DNA from: Psammoneis japonica
Lineage: Eukaryota
Assembly: GCA_008632985.1 (NCBI GenBank)
Contig: QPGO01000183.1
Location: 62,001 to 126,000, forward strand
Length of the DNA: 64,000 nt
Direction: 5' to 3'
Shown here: piece by piece, positions 50,447 through 61,848 of the stretch
Layout of the letters: every line of letters begins with the position of its first letter
Position numbering within the stretch: the first letter of the stretch is position 1
Position numbers and translations under genes: made by a program
Notes under the pieces: model-generated
Database searches by the model: none
What the model was told of the DNA's origin: nothing
The model's input: only the letters and a program-made list of their open reading frames with translations

Positions 50447-53400
50447 TCATGCACGGTCTCGCCATGTTGTCCAGCAGCGAGGCATGCTGCACACTCCCCC
50501 ATGATCAGGGCCGTTGAGCGACAGAATGTCTTGCTGGTGACAGGGTGCAATCTGCCGCAGATCATGCGCATCTGTCAGCGCTCCGTTCTGGATGCGCAAC
50601 GTGCCATTGTCATGTGCACGGACAACTCTGGCGGGTCCTGCACAGCTGTCAGAACCGCATTTAGAGGGTTGTTCCTGTTTGACAAGTGCCAATTGCCCTG
50701 CGGTGTGTTGACACTCCTTGCGTTTCTGATTTTCACGCTTGTTGTTTGAGTGGACAAGCTTCTGCTTTCTGGCTTCTGTGTGCTTCCACTTGGCACGATG
50801 GGCAACAGACAAAACCGCATCACGTCCGAAGACCAATTGCGCGGGACTTGCACGCGTGGTCGTGTGTGCCGCAGCTCTGATGGCGAAGGCTGCTGCGGAG
50901 AGGATGCCACTCCATGGGTCATCTTCGTCCAGCTCCACATCCTGCACTGAAAAGGAGCGCACCATGTTGCCAAGTGTCTGGTGTGCACGCTCCACTGTGG
51001 CATTTGCCTGTGGACTCCGTTTGCTCATGGGTTTCTTCAAAATCCCACAGTCATTTTTAATCATCTGGCCAAATTCTGCCACAAATTCTGTCCCACGGTC
51101 ACAAACCACCTGGGTTGGCCACGGATGTCTGCATGGCCACGTTTGTTCCACGACGTTTGCTGCGACGTCTGCACGTTTCGCAGACACTTCTTCAATCTCG
51201 AACCACCCGGTTGCTGGGTCAATCATTGTGACTGCCCACAATTGCAAGGTGTCCTTTCCGCGTCTTTGAATTTTGTGTGGCCCCATGACATCTGTGCATG
51301 GAGTTTCCCATGGAATTGTCTCTGCGACCTTTTCTGGCAGCTTCCCATGACGCTGCGTTCGGCGTTTTGTCTTCTGGCATCGATCGCACTTGACGCACGT
51401 AGAATGCACCGTAGACCTCATGCCAGGCCAACAGAAGTGCTGGGCAATGGATGTTTCCGTGCATGTCTCACCTGGATGACACGGTGTCTCGTGGCGCCAT
51501 TCAGTCAGCGGAACCTGCAATGACTGTGGCACTGCGATTTTGTCCTTGTGACAGATTGACTGTCGTGATGACCCTCCCCCACGACACGCGCGAATGGAGC
51601 AGTCGGACGAGTCCTCAGCTCTTGAGAGTGGGCGCTTGTCCTTTTGTTGTGCTTTTTGAATGCGCTTGAAGCCAATGGGCAGAGATGGCTCATCTTGAGC
51701 GTCTGCATTAAAGGCTTCATGCAAAGGACGACTCGATGGAGTGTCTTTTACATCCGGACTGGCCTCGGAAGGCAAGCTGGGTGCCAGTCGAAGGCGACTG
51801 AGAGCGTCAGCGACTGGGTCATGGGCACCCTTGACACAGCGTAATTCGGGGCCGCATTCTTCGCATGTCAACCGCCAGCGCATGACGCGCTCGGCATTGA
51901 ATGCTTTGTGCACAAGATTTTTGTGATCAGCGTGTGTGATCATGCGATGACCAAGGAGAATCGTTCGAAATTCTTTCAACGTCTCCACAATGGCGAGCAA
52001 TTCTCTCTCCGTTGCTGCACAATTCAGTTGCGCACCATTGAGCTTTCTGCTGCAAAAGGCGACAGGTTCATTGTCTTGGGACACAACTGCTCCCAATTGA
52101 CATTTAGAGGCATCGGCATGTGTCTCAAAGGGTTTGTTGAAATCAGGATGTGACAACAAAACATCATCCGACATTGCCCGTTTGACGGTTTCGAACGCCT
52201 CGTCTTCAACGGACGTCCACTCCCACTCAACAGTCTTGCTTGCGAGTCGTGTTGGCGGAGCCAAGGCTTCAGAATGTCTGATCCACGTGTCGCGGCAGTG
52301 GCTCACCATGCCAACAAATGAATGCAGGTTGCGTTCATTGGCTGGGGTCGCGATTCGCTTGATGGCGTCGACTTTGTCAGGCATTGGTCGCATTCCGTCT
52401 CTGTCAACCAGACAACCCAAGCACTCTAATTGGGTTTGACAGAAGTGAGATTTAGTTGCGTTGACTTTCAGCCCTGCTTTCTGGACCCTCAATGAAACTT
52501 CTTCAAGTTTGTTGAGGTGATCTTCACAGGTGCCTTTCGTCACAACGAGAAGGTCATCTAAGTGCGTTCGAACGAACGACAGATGTTCAAATGAGCCTGA
52601 CATGCGTTCTTGGAAAATGTCTGGCGAGTTGCACAATCCCATGGGCAATGCCTGCATCTCATGCTTGCCCCACGGGAAGATGAGCGTGCAGAGCTTCTTG
52701 CCATCAGCATCCAATCGGACATGACAACAGCCCATGTTTAAATCCAGCGATGTGGCCCACACAAAGCCTTCGAGCTTGAGCAGCATGTCTTGGACATGAG
52801 GAATCGGACAAGGCAATCACTCAATCCGTTTGTTCAGCTCTCTGAAATCATTGACAAAGCGCACCGTCAAATCTTTCTTCGGCATGACAAATGATGGAGC
52901 TGCCCATTGGGATCGGTTGACGCGTTTGAGAACACCGATGCGTGCCAGGCGCTCCACTTCCTTGCGCAGCGCAGCTTCGCACGCACGAGGCACTTCACAC
53001 GGACGAGCGTGGCATGGTTCTGCACCCTCCTTGAGTTGGACATGGCAGGGTTCTCCCTTCCATTCTCCTGATGTCCCATCAAACAAGGACTCGTGGCGTT
53101 TCAATGGCGCCAAAAGGTCGTTTTGTTGAACCACAGAAAGTCTCATTGCCTCTCGCGTCATGTCCTCGAGGCAGGCCGGCGCGTGCTTGGCATCCAAAAT
53201 GCGCGAAATCTGGTCGGTTTCCGAAGACAAGGCTTCTGGATCTTGAAGACAGAAGGAGGTTTCCACCGTGGCATCTGCGTGTCTCATTGGCGCTTCTCCA
53301 TTGACTGATGGCCACTCTGTCATCTGTTTGGAGAAGACAACATCAATGCCTTGTGTCTCCAGAATGTCGCGCCCAACAATCATGTCGCACTTGCCCAACT

Positions 53401-53707
53401 TTCCGTTGTGTGCATGGACGGCATGCTCAAGTTCTGCAGTTTCGGACAACTCTGGCAACCGAAATTTAATGGTGCAGTCGTTGGACGTGCCAAACGAGCC
53501 TGCTGCCGCAGCCCAGTTTGTCTCAGCCATTGAATGGCTTCGCAGACATTTGCAGTGTCGACTGTCGAGCAGAGTGCTGCCAGCGCCACTGTCCAGCAGT
53601 GCCTCAATGGCTTGAGTCTTGCCCTTGCCATGTTTGGCATTCACAGCCACAAACAAGATTGGAGCAAGATGAGTCTTTTTAACTCGTTTGCGGGATTGCG
53701 ATGGCAA
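50447..53707 (-). pseudogene. Gypsy pol of copy 2, Tyr-free, reading through into the 3' LTR
   Basis: LLDSGAGS, THLDD, THADASK and CDRGTEF motifs. The 789-aa and 296-aa ORFs contain no Tyr. Confidence 0.92.
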
Positions 53708-53772
53708 TTCAGTTGTTCATTCGCACATTCATCCAATGCATTGAAACTGCCTGTGTCGTGTCGGCCCCCTTC

Positions 53773-54833
53773 TCAGGCGCCTGAATCTTCGGAATCACTT
53801 GAGTTGAGGTCGCGGAAGTGATTGAGCTCCTCCTGGCGGGCCTTGCGCTTTTTCTGAGCGTTGGCAAAGCACTCCTCGACCTTCGATCCGATGAGAGCAT
53901 TGACATCCTCCTCATTCCGAGGTTTTGCATCAGGCTTGCCGCCTCCGTCATTGGAATGTTCAGTCTTGACACGTTTCACGTGGTGCTTGAGCTGACGGCA
54001 ATCTTCCGCATCATGTCCACAGTTGGTCCCGTGCGGCATGCACGACTTCTGGGTGTTCCGCTGGGTCGTGATCAACAGCTCAGGATTGTCCATTCTACGT
54101 CCCTGCTTGCGTGGAACCTTGGCATGTTGGTCCTGGTTACCTTCGGCAAGCTCGACCTGCTCGATGCGCTCGCAGAACTGTGCAAATTCGGCGACAGCAT
54201 GCGCCAACGGGTCAAAATTCTGCAGCGTCATGAACTTCTGCCATGCGCTTGGCACACCACACTCAAACATGTCGCACAGCTCGTCATCAGGTGACGGTGC
54301 CGGTGTTTCTCCATCCTCCGTCACGGGTGGAAACTGAGAGATGCAGCCGTTAATTTCAAGTCACGAGTGGAAACCTCTGCGGGCTTGTGCATGAAGCGCC
54401 GCAGACAACGCTTCTACAGCAGCACAGCCCTGTTTGGGAAGACACTTTCCTTTAGCTTCGCGACGCATGCTGCATGCATGGCGTTGGTTTGGGATGCCTG
54501 CTTGTCAGCGGCATTGTCAAATGATGTCAGAGCGTCGCCCTGCAGTGAGTCATGCACAAGGGCAAATTTCGCTGGCCCGGTGGTGATGTTTTGTCCTTCG
54601 TGCACGTGATCCACGTTGCGCAGAAAGATTGGGAGTGTCTCGCATGCAGCCGTGGAAAGGTGCGGGATGCCCATCTCGTGCGTTGGACTGTCCGGATCAG
54701 CGGGGTTGTCACGCAGCTTGAATGTCTGGTGCTCGCCCTGCTGCAGCTCTTTCTTTTCCGGCCGTGCGAACGGAATCGGCGGCTCAATCCACTTCTTCAT
54801 GGTCGTTTTGAGATTTGTCGGTCCCACCAACAT
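53773..54833 (-). pseudogene. Gypsy gag of copy 2 (frameshifted)
   Basis: Near-identical to the copy-1 gag, split by a 16-nt deletion. Confidence 0.8.
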
Positions 54834-56090
54834 TTCGCAGTTTCGTTTCTGTGGATTTCATCACCTCGCACAATGTGCGGGAGCAATGTCGCTGTGCCCT
54901 GCGCATGCACCAGGCGCTGAAAAAGAAGATGTGTCACGACTTTGTCGTTGTGAAAATTGTGAGCCAGTTTGGAGCAGAGAAAATGGGATCGTGCGAATGG
55001 GGAATCTTGCCAAATCCCCATTCGCTCGCACTTGGATTGCATTGAATCGATCGTGCGCTCGCATTGTGGATCGTGCGAATCAAGCCATCATGCACCATGC
55101 ACGAGTGATGTCATCGTGTGGAATCACGCCACCATCGTGGGCCAGACGACGGGCCAGTGTGCTTCACACGGATGCTCTCTCAGCATCCTTCTGGAGTTGC
55201 CTGAGACCTGGAGCCACGCCCTCCTGTGGCCGTGCTTCCCAGGTGCGTGTCAACAACACTGCGTTGCCACATGCAAGAGGCTTGTGCACGGTCTCGCCGT
55301 GTTGTCCAGCAGCGAGGCACACTGCATCTTTGCAGAAAAGCACCAAATTGCGTGGGAGCACCACTCAGATGCCCCAGCAACAACACATGCCAAGAGCATC
55401 AAAAGAAGGGGCTGGCATTCATGAGACCAAACCATGGCTGAATGTAAAAACAGTGCATTTTTCAACATTGTTGATCAATCTCAGTTGGGCCAAGTTGACC
55501 ACAACACCTTCAGTCTCTTGTTGGCAGTGCAAGCAGCCACAGCAGCAGTCATTGGGCTGGTGCTCCATTGGCCCAAGGCAAGCAAATGATGGGCCAAGCA
55601 GCTGACAAAATGAGGATCCTTTGATTGGCAAAGGAGGCACATGACATTTCATGATGAAATGGAGAGCTTTTGCCCTGTGCTGTGGGTCCTGCATCCTGGT
55701 TCTTGGTTGTGGCTGCCCCACATGTGGTTGCCCATCTCTGCACGTCAACAACATGGGGCAGAGCCATGGTGTTTGGCCAAAACACCAACACTCCACCACT
55801 CTTCAACATGCATGCAGCCAATGACTGGCCAAGATGTTGTCCTTTCAAGTGCGCGCTTGTGTCTGCTCTCTGGCCCACCACCTGTTCTTTGCTTGGGTCA
55901 ACACATCGCCATTGTCAGTGTGTTGTTGAGTGTTTCAACAGCCTTTTTTGTGCGAGCTGCGAGCTAGCTTTTGTTGCAGCGTGCGCCCCCCGTACGGTAG
56001 AATTCTACAGGCGAATCTTTGAGTTCAACACGTCAGCCAATCGCGATGTCAACAATAAGGTGTCAAGAAATCTTCGTTTTATATTCCACC

Positions 56091-56837
56091 ATGAGAGTCA
56101 CCGACGTGCTTCTTCTATCTTTGGTGATATGGTTTGATTTCCTATCGACTACTGACGCTTTTCAAGCTCATCCCACCTTTATTCGAGCTCGTTCCTCGTC
56201 TGTTGCAACTCGATTGAATGACTACGACACGAGTGCGGTCGAAGCCGTGTTGGAACAAGACTACCCCACCTTTATGAATCTCATCAACAAGAACGAGGCC
56301 GTATGGAAAAAGTTAAGACAAGCAGACGGCGGCATTACAATCTTTGCTCCCAATGACAAGGTGTTTGCAGAGTTGGGTAAAAAGAAATGGGAACAATTAC
56401 AAGATCCTCGCAACACGGAATCAAAGGAAAAGATTGGCGCCTATCACGCAATCGCAGAGCCAGTCACGGCAGAGGAAATCTTTGCTGCGGGAGGAATCAT
56501 TACCATTGGGGGTGACATTCCTGTAGGACGATCCGTCACTGGAGGACTTTTTGGGATTGGAGGCAAGGAGGATGGAGGCGTCACCGTGAATGGCGCCAAT
56601 GTTGTCAAGTCGATGGAAGTTGAAGGGAGCATTATTCATGAAGTGGATGGTCTCGTCTCTCCGAAAATGTTGTGGCGATACATTGATCAGTTGAGAATTC
56701 CGGGATCCAATAGTAAGTATAATATCAAGACGGCATGGAGGTCGACTACTAGGGAAGTTTGGTTCGTGTACTACGGCAGTCCTTTGCTTGACCAAACACA
56801 GCTTCGCGTTGAGAGGGCTACAGCCAGTGACCTGTAA
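56091..56837 (+). CDS. Fasciclin (FAS1) domain protein, probably plastid-targeted
   Basis: Signal peptide + DAFQ; TIFAPNDKVF, YHAI and VNGANVV...GSIIHEVDGL motifs. The 3' end may be spliced after ~56714. Confidence 0.85.
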   Translation: MRVTDVLLLSLVIWFDFLSTTDAFQAHPTFIRARSSSVATRLNDYDTSAVEAVLEQDYPTFMNLINKNEAVWKKLRQADGGITIFAPNDKVFAELGKKKWEQLQDPRNTESKEKIGAYHAIAEPVTAEEIFAAGGIITIGGDIPVGRSVTGGLFGIGGKEDGGVTVNGANVVKSMEVEGSIIHEVDGLVSPKMLWRYIDQLRIPGSNSKYNIKTAWRSTTREVWFVYYGSPLLDQTQLRVERATASDL

Positions 56838-58559
56838 GAAAACAATAGACCGGTGTAGGGAGAACTGATAAGTCTACAAAGCTACTATAGAAAACAATCC
56901 CACGACAAGTTGTGTGTGGGCAGTCAAAGGTCTAGAATCGCTGTGTAACAACAGCCAATAGTCAGTTTCTAAAGCGCCGCTCGTAGATTCATCCACTTTT
57001 TGCTACAGTCGTCGTCGAAGATGTATGCTATTCCATTATTCTATCGAGCTCAACTGAATGAAGTAGCCGTATTTTCTGCAACTTACTATCCACAGTAGTA
57101 GATTGGAGCGTATGTTCCACAATCAAAGGAAACAGCTGAGCAGCATCAACCTGCACGGCCGCAGTTCCACCGACAAAGCCAGAGTCGCAGTGGATATCAC
57201 CAAGATCCGAACCACCGTGCGATCATCGGACCAACCACAATCGGGCTCAGACTTGTTTTTCTAGTCGCCTCGACAATAGCATCACATTGAGCTTCCTACT
57301 ATCGACAGTTGCGCTTCAAAGATTGTCCAGCACATCTTTCCAATTGTCTTCCAACGGACTCATCGTCTGGAACAACTGGTGCGCTAAGGGCGCTGTATAA
57401 TCCGCGAATCCAGCAACCGCAAAATATGCTGACGCGCTTTCGGCTGAGATATCCTGCAAAATGTCAGCTAATGGTAAATGTCGGTTGTGAATGAGTCGGT
57501 TGAATAATCAGGCAAGAGACATACAACCACAGCGCCGAATTCTCTGGGCGCCACACGTAGCAGGTGCTGAGACATTTTCATTAGCCGTGAAGGTCTCCCC
57601 TGGTGACAGTACCTCGATGTGTGGGTCAACAGAAGGGGGCTCTGGCGTATTTCGAACGCATATTAGTTCAAAAACATGTGTCAGGTTGTCGTTCAATTCA
57701 AGCAGCCGAATTCTTCTTTGTATACTATCGTGAGTTCTCCTTCCGTTCATTTGCGTAGATTCACACTTGCTGGACAGTAGCATGTTGCGGCTTGAAGAGG
57801 TCTTTCCTTGAATCTCGAATGAAGTTCTCTTCTTCTCCAAAGTCCATCAGTTAGACTAGCAGCGCTGAGCGACTTCCACAGCCTCGGCATCGTCCCTTTT
57901 ACCGAAAACGTGTTCGCTTCTCTTCTTGCGCAGCCTTCGCTTCTGGTGTCAGGGACTTTGTCTGATAGTGCATCAGGGACAATGCTGAGCTCGACAGAAT
58001 CGATCACGTGGGAGAGAGGATCGCAAAAGTTCGCTACTGACGGCGTTCAGTCGATTTTACTTTTCCAGAAAAGCATCAAAAAGTGCGTCATACTTAGCCT
58101 GCGTTATATACTCTCTGGATCGGCAAGAACTGTCACATATTATGTATCATCTTGGAATTGTGCAATGCTCGTGGAGCTTTGAAACTCCTCAAGTATTCCG
58201 ATAATTTGAGCAGAATCGATGATTGGCAGTAGACTGTTCGCCTGACGTAAGTCAATGATAGCGTTAAAAACGACGCGAGGAATTCGCTCAGCGGCGGTTC
58301 TCGGTGAAGGTTCCGGGGCAGTTCCAGGCGGCGGCGGATTTCCCCAATCTCTACCCTCGCCATGCTGTCTACCATTTCCATTTCGCCGTCTATGACGATT
58401 ACGTTGGAGTTCTTGATCGATTTAGACTTGATATAGCATACGGGTACAATTTCTCTCTTATTCTCCTCCATGGACGAACAAGGTCGTCTCAGCATAGAAG
58501 GCTACATTGCAATCAGCAACTTGCCCCTTCGCGCCAGCCTTGGCATGATTTCCTAAATG

Positions 58560-59200
58560 CTAACTAGTCACTCGACTTATGGTAAAAACTCTTCTTGGAT
58601 GTGCACTTTTCCTGCTGAGCATCTTGGATATTTGTACAGCAGTGTAAAACCGGACGTCTTCGTCGTCCAGCGCCAACATTTTATCGCCCTTGAATAGTTT
58701 TCCCTTCAAAGGCGAAAAATCCTTTATGGTGTGTACAATTGGTGGTGACGAACCTGGTGTATGCAAGACTAAACCCAACTTGCCGGGTGGTGCCTCGATC
58801 GCCCAATACTTGCTCCTGTGGATCATGACTGAAAACGAACGACAGACATTTCAGCTCCTTCTCCTCCTCCACCCGCTGTGTGACCTCTATAAAGTGGTCT
58901 TGGGTCAAAGGTAGAAAAGCTGATTTCGTCGTTGGAGGCGAGTGCTGGCATCCTAGAAAACCTCAACCTTGTTCCCGTCTCTCGAGAGTTGTCGATGGGT
59001 TTGGGCTTCTGTGGTTCTCAGTCCAACTCGAAAGAGATGTGAACTTTCCTCCTGGCTTTCGAAAGAGGTGTGTCTCGTTTCCACGGCCTTTAATCTTGTA
59101 CAATTCGCAAACAAATATTTCCGCACTTCTGACTGAAGAATTTTGAATTTTTCAACTTGAGCAAACGAAACTCCTCTCTCTACCGCCCGTACTGTACGTA
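58560..59200 (-). CDS. PDZ-domain protein, C-terminal part, possibly disrupted
   Basis: APPGKLGLVL...PIVHTIKDFSPLKGKLFKGDKMLALDDEDVR. The upstream ORF 58953-59231 runs into the TIR element. Confidence 0.55.
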
Positions 59201-59221
59201 CTCTCTCTCTACTAACGGTAG

Positions 59222-61420
59222 GGAGTTGCATGAAATGTCAAAATTTTCGTTTTTCCCTGCAAAAACGCACAGAATGTCAGAGAGACCTGCGCCTGCACGC
59301 GAGTGCGGCCACAGTCTGCACGATGCTGCGAAAGTTTGTGCACTTGCCACCAAAACGCTGCTCGCACTTTTTGCCAGGGGACATGCCACAGACACACAAT
59401 GTTGCATTTGGCTGCAGGACAAATCCTCTCTGTTTGATTTGACAAAATGTCAAAATTCCATGGAAGGTTTCTCAACAATTGCCTTTTTTCCCAACCAGTG
59501 CTGAGACAAAATGCCCCCAGAAATGCAGGTGGTTGTGTCCTCACCAGATCCCGCCAAAATTTCTCGTTGAGAAGACAACCCACTGGATGGAATGAGAATG
59601 TTTAAATGATGTTGCACAGTGCGTGAAAAATGACAACCTGCGCTCACTCAATTGGGTTGGCATGGTGACATCAAGCACTGAAATGAACGACAAAACGGTG
59701 CGATAATCGATGATGACGACACCTTCTATCGGTGCCTGCCTGTGCGCTCATTTTCTACTGTATTCAAATTTGTATATCCATGTGTACATCATAAGTAGTT
59801 GCTATGAGCACATCACGTTGTCACGGCGTTTCTACACGCATGATGATACGTACGCATGGCACCGTACGACTGCAAGAGACGCCGTTGAGTTCCCTTCTCG
59901 ATCCCGAACTCCGATTTGAACCAGTCACGACTGTCTCAACCTCATCGCTTCGTGCGATAGTACAGATTTCAAATTCAAACCCGCCAAATAGCTCCAACCG
60001 CCAAAACCAAAAAAGGCCTCTTGGGGGGGACTGGGGCTAGAGACTATTTTGGATTATTGTCGTTCAAGATTCCCTTGCATACCGTTCCAAAAGCGTTCCA
60101 AAAGCGTTCCAAAAGCGTTCCGAGAACGTTCTCATATGCACTAATTCGCGCGGAAATCAAACTTTGGAGCCGGTCAATTCGCCAATGAGACATATGATGC
60201 ATTGTAATTAGTGCACTATTGTTAGAACTATTTGAGCATGGCACAATAGTGTAAAAGTTTAACAGATTATATGGATTTATTGCAAAAAGGTACACCCGTC
60301 AAAACAGGTTTCTATTTTCTCTAAGAAAAAGAACGGCTGGTAGAAGTCTCAATAATTTTGAGTTACAGTGGCTATAAGTTGAACTATAAGGGTGTATTGT
60401 AACCACTAGTATTGTTTGACAATAAACCATATCTATAACAACCGCCAATAGCTCCAACACGGAAATACCATTCGACGAAATAGGCATTTCGTCATTCCCG
60501 TGTTTCCACCGTTCCGGGACCGTACCAAAAGCGTTCCGAAACCGCACCAAAAGCGTTCCCGAAGGGAATCTCTCTAAAAGGCCTAACATCAAAACATTGT
60601 TTTTAGACGTTGGAAACGAATGAGAACCCTGCCCGATAATACATGGAACCATCAATCCACCTACGGCAACAAAAACACTGCTGTATGGCAATAGCGCGGT
60701 ATCAATCATTTTAGCATAGTGTAAAATATCAAATGCGCAACACACGACTGTACTACTCACCATACAAATGCGCCTGCCCAGAGCCACAGTAGATTGTCTT
60801 GCAAGGACAGTCATTCAGAGGCAGACAAGATCGGAATGGATTTGGAACCAATAGGTTCGCGTCATACTTGAGCACTTTGCAGGACATACAGTAGTGTGCG
60901 AGTTGTGGGGCCTTCTTCAAGATGAAGGCAACCTTTCTCATGGGTTCCTGCCCACTCACTTGTTGTGTGCCCTTGTTTTCTGAATCTGCATTGTTCTGAA
61001 CCATTTTGCCGGGAATCTGTGGTGGAGCACACGAAGACACGATAAGAAAATGGTTTTGTGTCGGAATAGAGTTAATTGTAAATCTGGACTTGTTGCGTAC
61101 CATCATTCCAATCTCTTTTTGAAAATCAACGTACTGGCATTAGCTTCACCATCTTATCATCTTAGATTGACTGGTAACACAGGTTTATGGATGATAATGG
61201 CATGCACGGTGACGGTGGACGGCACTGACTTTCGCTTCGCATCAACGAACCATCGCCGCGTTCGCCGTTCGACCCCATCTATCTGGTGTCTGGTGTTCGC
61301 ATAGCCCAAAATGCAACGTTTTACTGTAGGGGATGTGTAAAATGAATTATCGTCACGAAAAAACACGAAAAACCACGAAAAACAGGGAAAAACGAAAATT
61401 TCGACATTTCATGCAACTCC
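59222..61420. mobile_element. Non-autonomous TIR DNA transposon (PIF/Harbinger-like), 2199 bp
   Basis: 38-bp TIR ggagttgcatgaaatgtc(a/g)aaattttcgtttttccctg at 59222-59259 and 61383-61420; 3-bp direct repeat TAG on both flanks; no transposase seen. Confidence 0.85.
60082..60121. repeat. 11-bp tandem repeat (cgttccaaaag)x3+, with related units at ~60508-60560
   Basis: ccgttccaaaagcgttccaaaagcgttccaaaagcgttcc; aaccgccaa(a)tagctccaac is also duplicated at ~59978 and ~60440. Confidence 0.75.
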
Positions 61421-61848
61421 TAGTAGTAGGCTCTGGTATGTTCCAATCGCTACAATTGTCTGTACGTAGAAGCGTACGATGTTGCCCGGTAAGTGACGTG
61501 GTCTTTCTGGAATACAGTATTCGGGGACAGAGAATAACATACAAAATTGAAAATTTGAAACCAGAAGTTCTCCCTCCACCGACAAGACTGACGTGCCGGT
61601 AGTGAACTTTTTATTCCAACTTTGACGACCTGAAGCATGATGCACATCATGGCAATTTGTACGGACAGTAGAGAGTAAAGGAGTGTTTCAGTTTCTGTTT
61701 GCAGCACTACTGTATCTTCAAAAATATGTATCTATGTAAATATGCATTGGTTACACGGATCCAGTTCCTCCAGATGCAAGTCTTTTTGCCGAAAAGAGCG
61801 CATCCTTGAAAACGATCTGTCGATGCCGAAAATTGTCGCCCACGCGAC

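Larger units (their letters stand above)
50060..55326 (-). mobile_element. Ty3/Gypsy LTR retrotransposon, copy 2 (5267 bp)
   Basis: 432-bp LTRs at 50060-50491 and 54895-55326; TSD TCTT (50056-59 / 55327-30); purine tract at 50492-50501; two 16-nt deletions relative to copy 1 (~53698, ~54360). Confidence 0.96.
46950..55960. mobile_element. Unclassified degenerate TpA/CpG-depleted element(s) hosting nested Gypsy copy 2
   Basis: Near-total TpA loss on both sides of the Gypsy insertion; shares a segment with 34200-34490. Confidence 0.55.

Noticed and set aside
50447..53707. Alternative genetic code (Cys/His codons read as Tyr)
   Set aside because: The two copies differ in which replacement occurs at the same site, and flanking genes use standard Tyr codons.
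35369..55326. Classical fungal RIP or simple CpG decay as the cause
   Set aside because: RIP creates TpA, and CpG decay starts from CG. Here conserved Tyr codons and the spared island show TpA is the ancestral state being lost while CpG largely persists.
50060..55326. ADAR-type RNA hyper-editing fixed by reverse transcription
   Set aside because: That would be strand-biased and leave an element's LTRs identical. Here TG and CA outcomes are interspersed, LTR pairs differ and DNA transposons are affected.
35369..55326. The two Gypsy copies as a segmental duplication
   Set aside because: Similarity stops exactly at the LTR ends, and each copy has its own TSD.
26030..55960. Dozens of overlapping 60-330 aa ORFs in all six frames as real genes
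   Set aside because: They are a by-product of TAA/TAG loss. They are Tyr-free, Cys/His-rich and overlap recognisable TE remnants.
55940..55975. Helitron 3' end (CTAG)
   Set aside because: No convincing subterminal hairpin and no Rep/helicase motifs.
57300..58500. Short ORFs as genes
   Set aside because: No recognisable domain or consistent exon chain could be supported.
60082..60560. CRISPR-like or telomeric array
   Set aside because: 11-bp head-to-tail units without spacers, inside a TIR element, with no cas genes.
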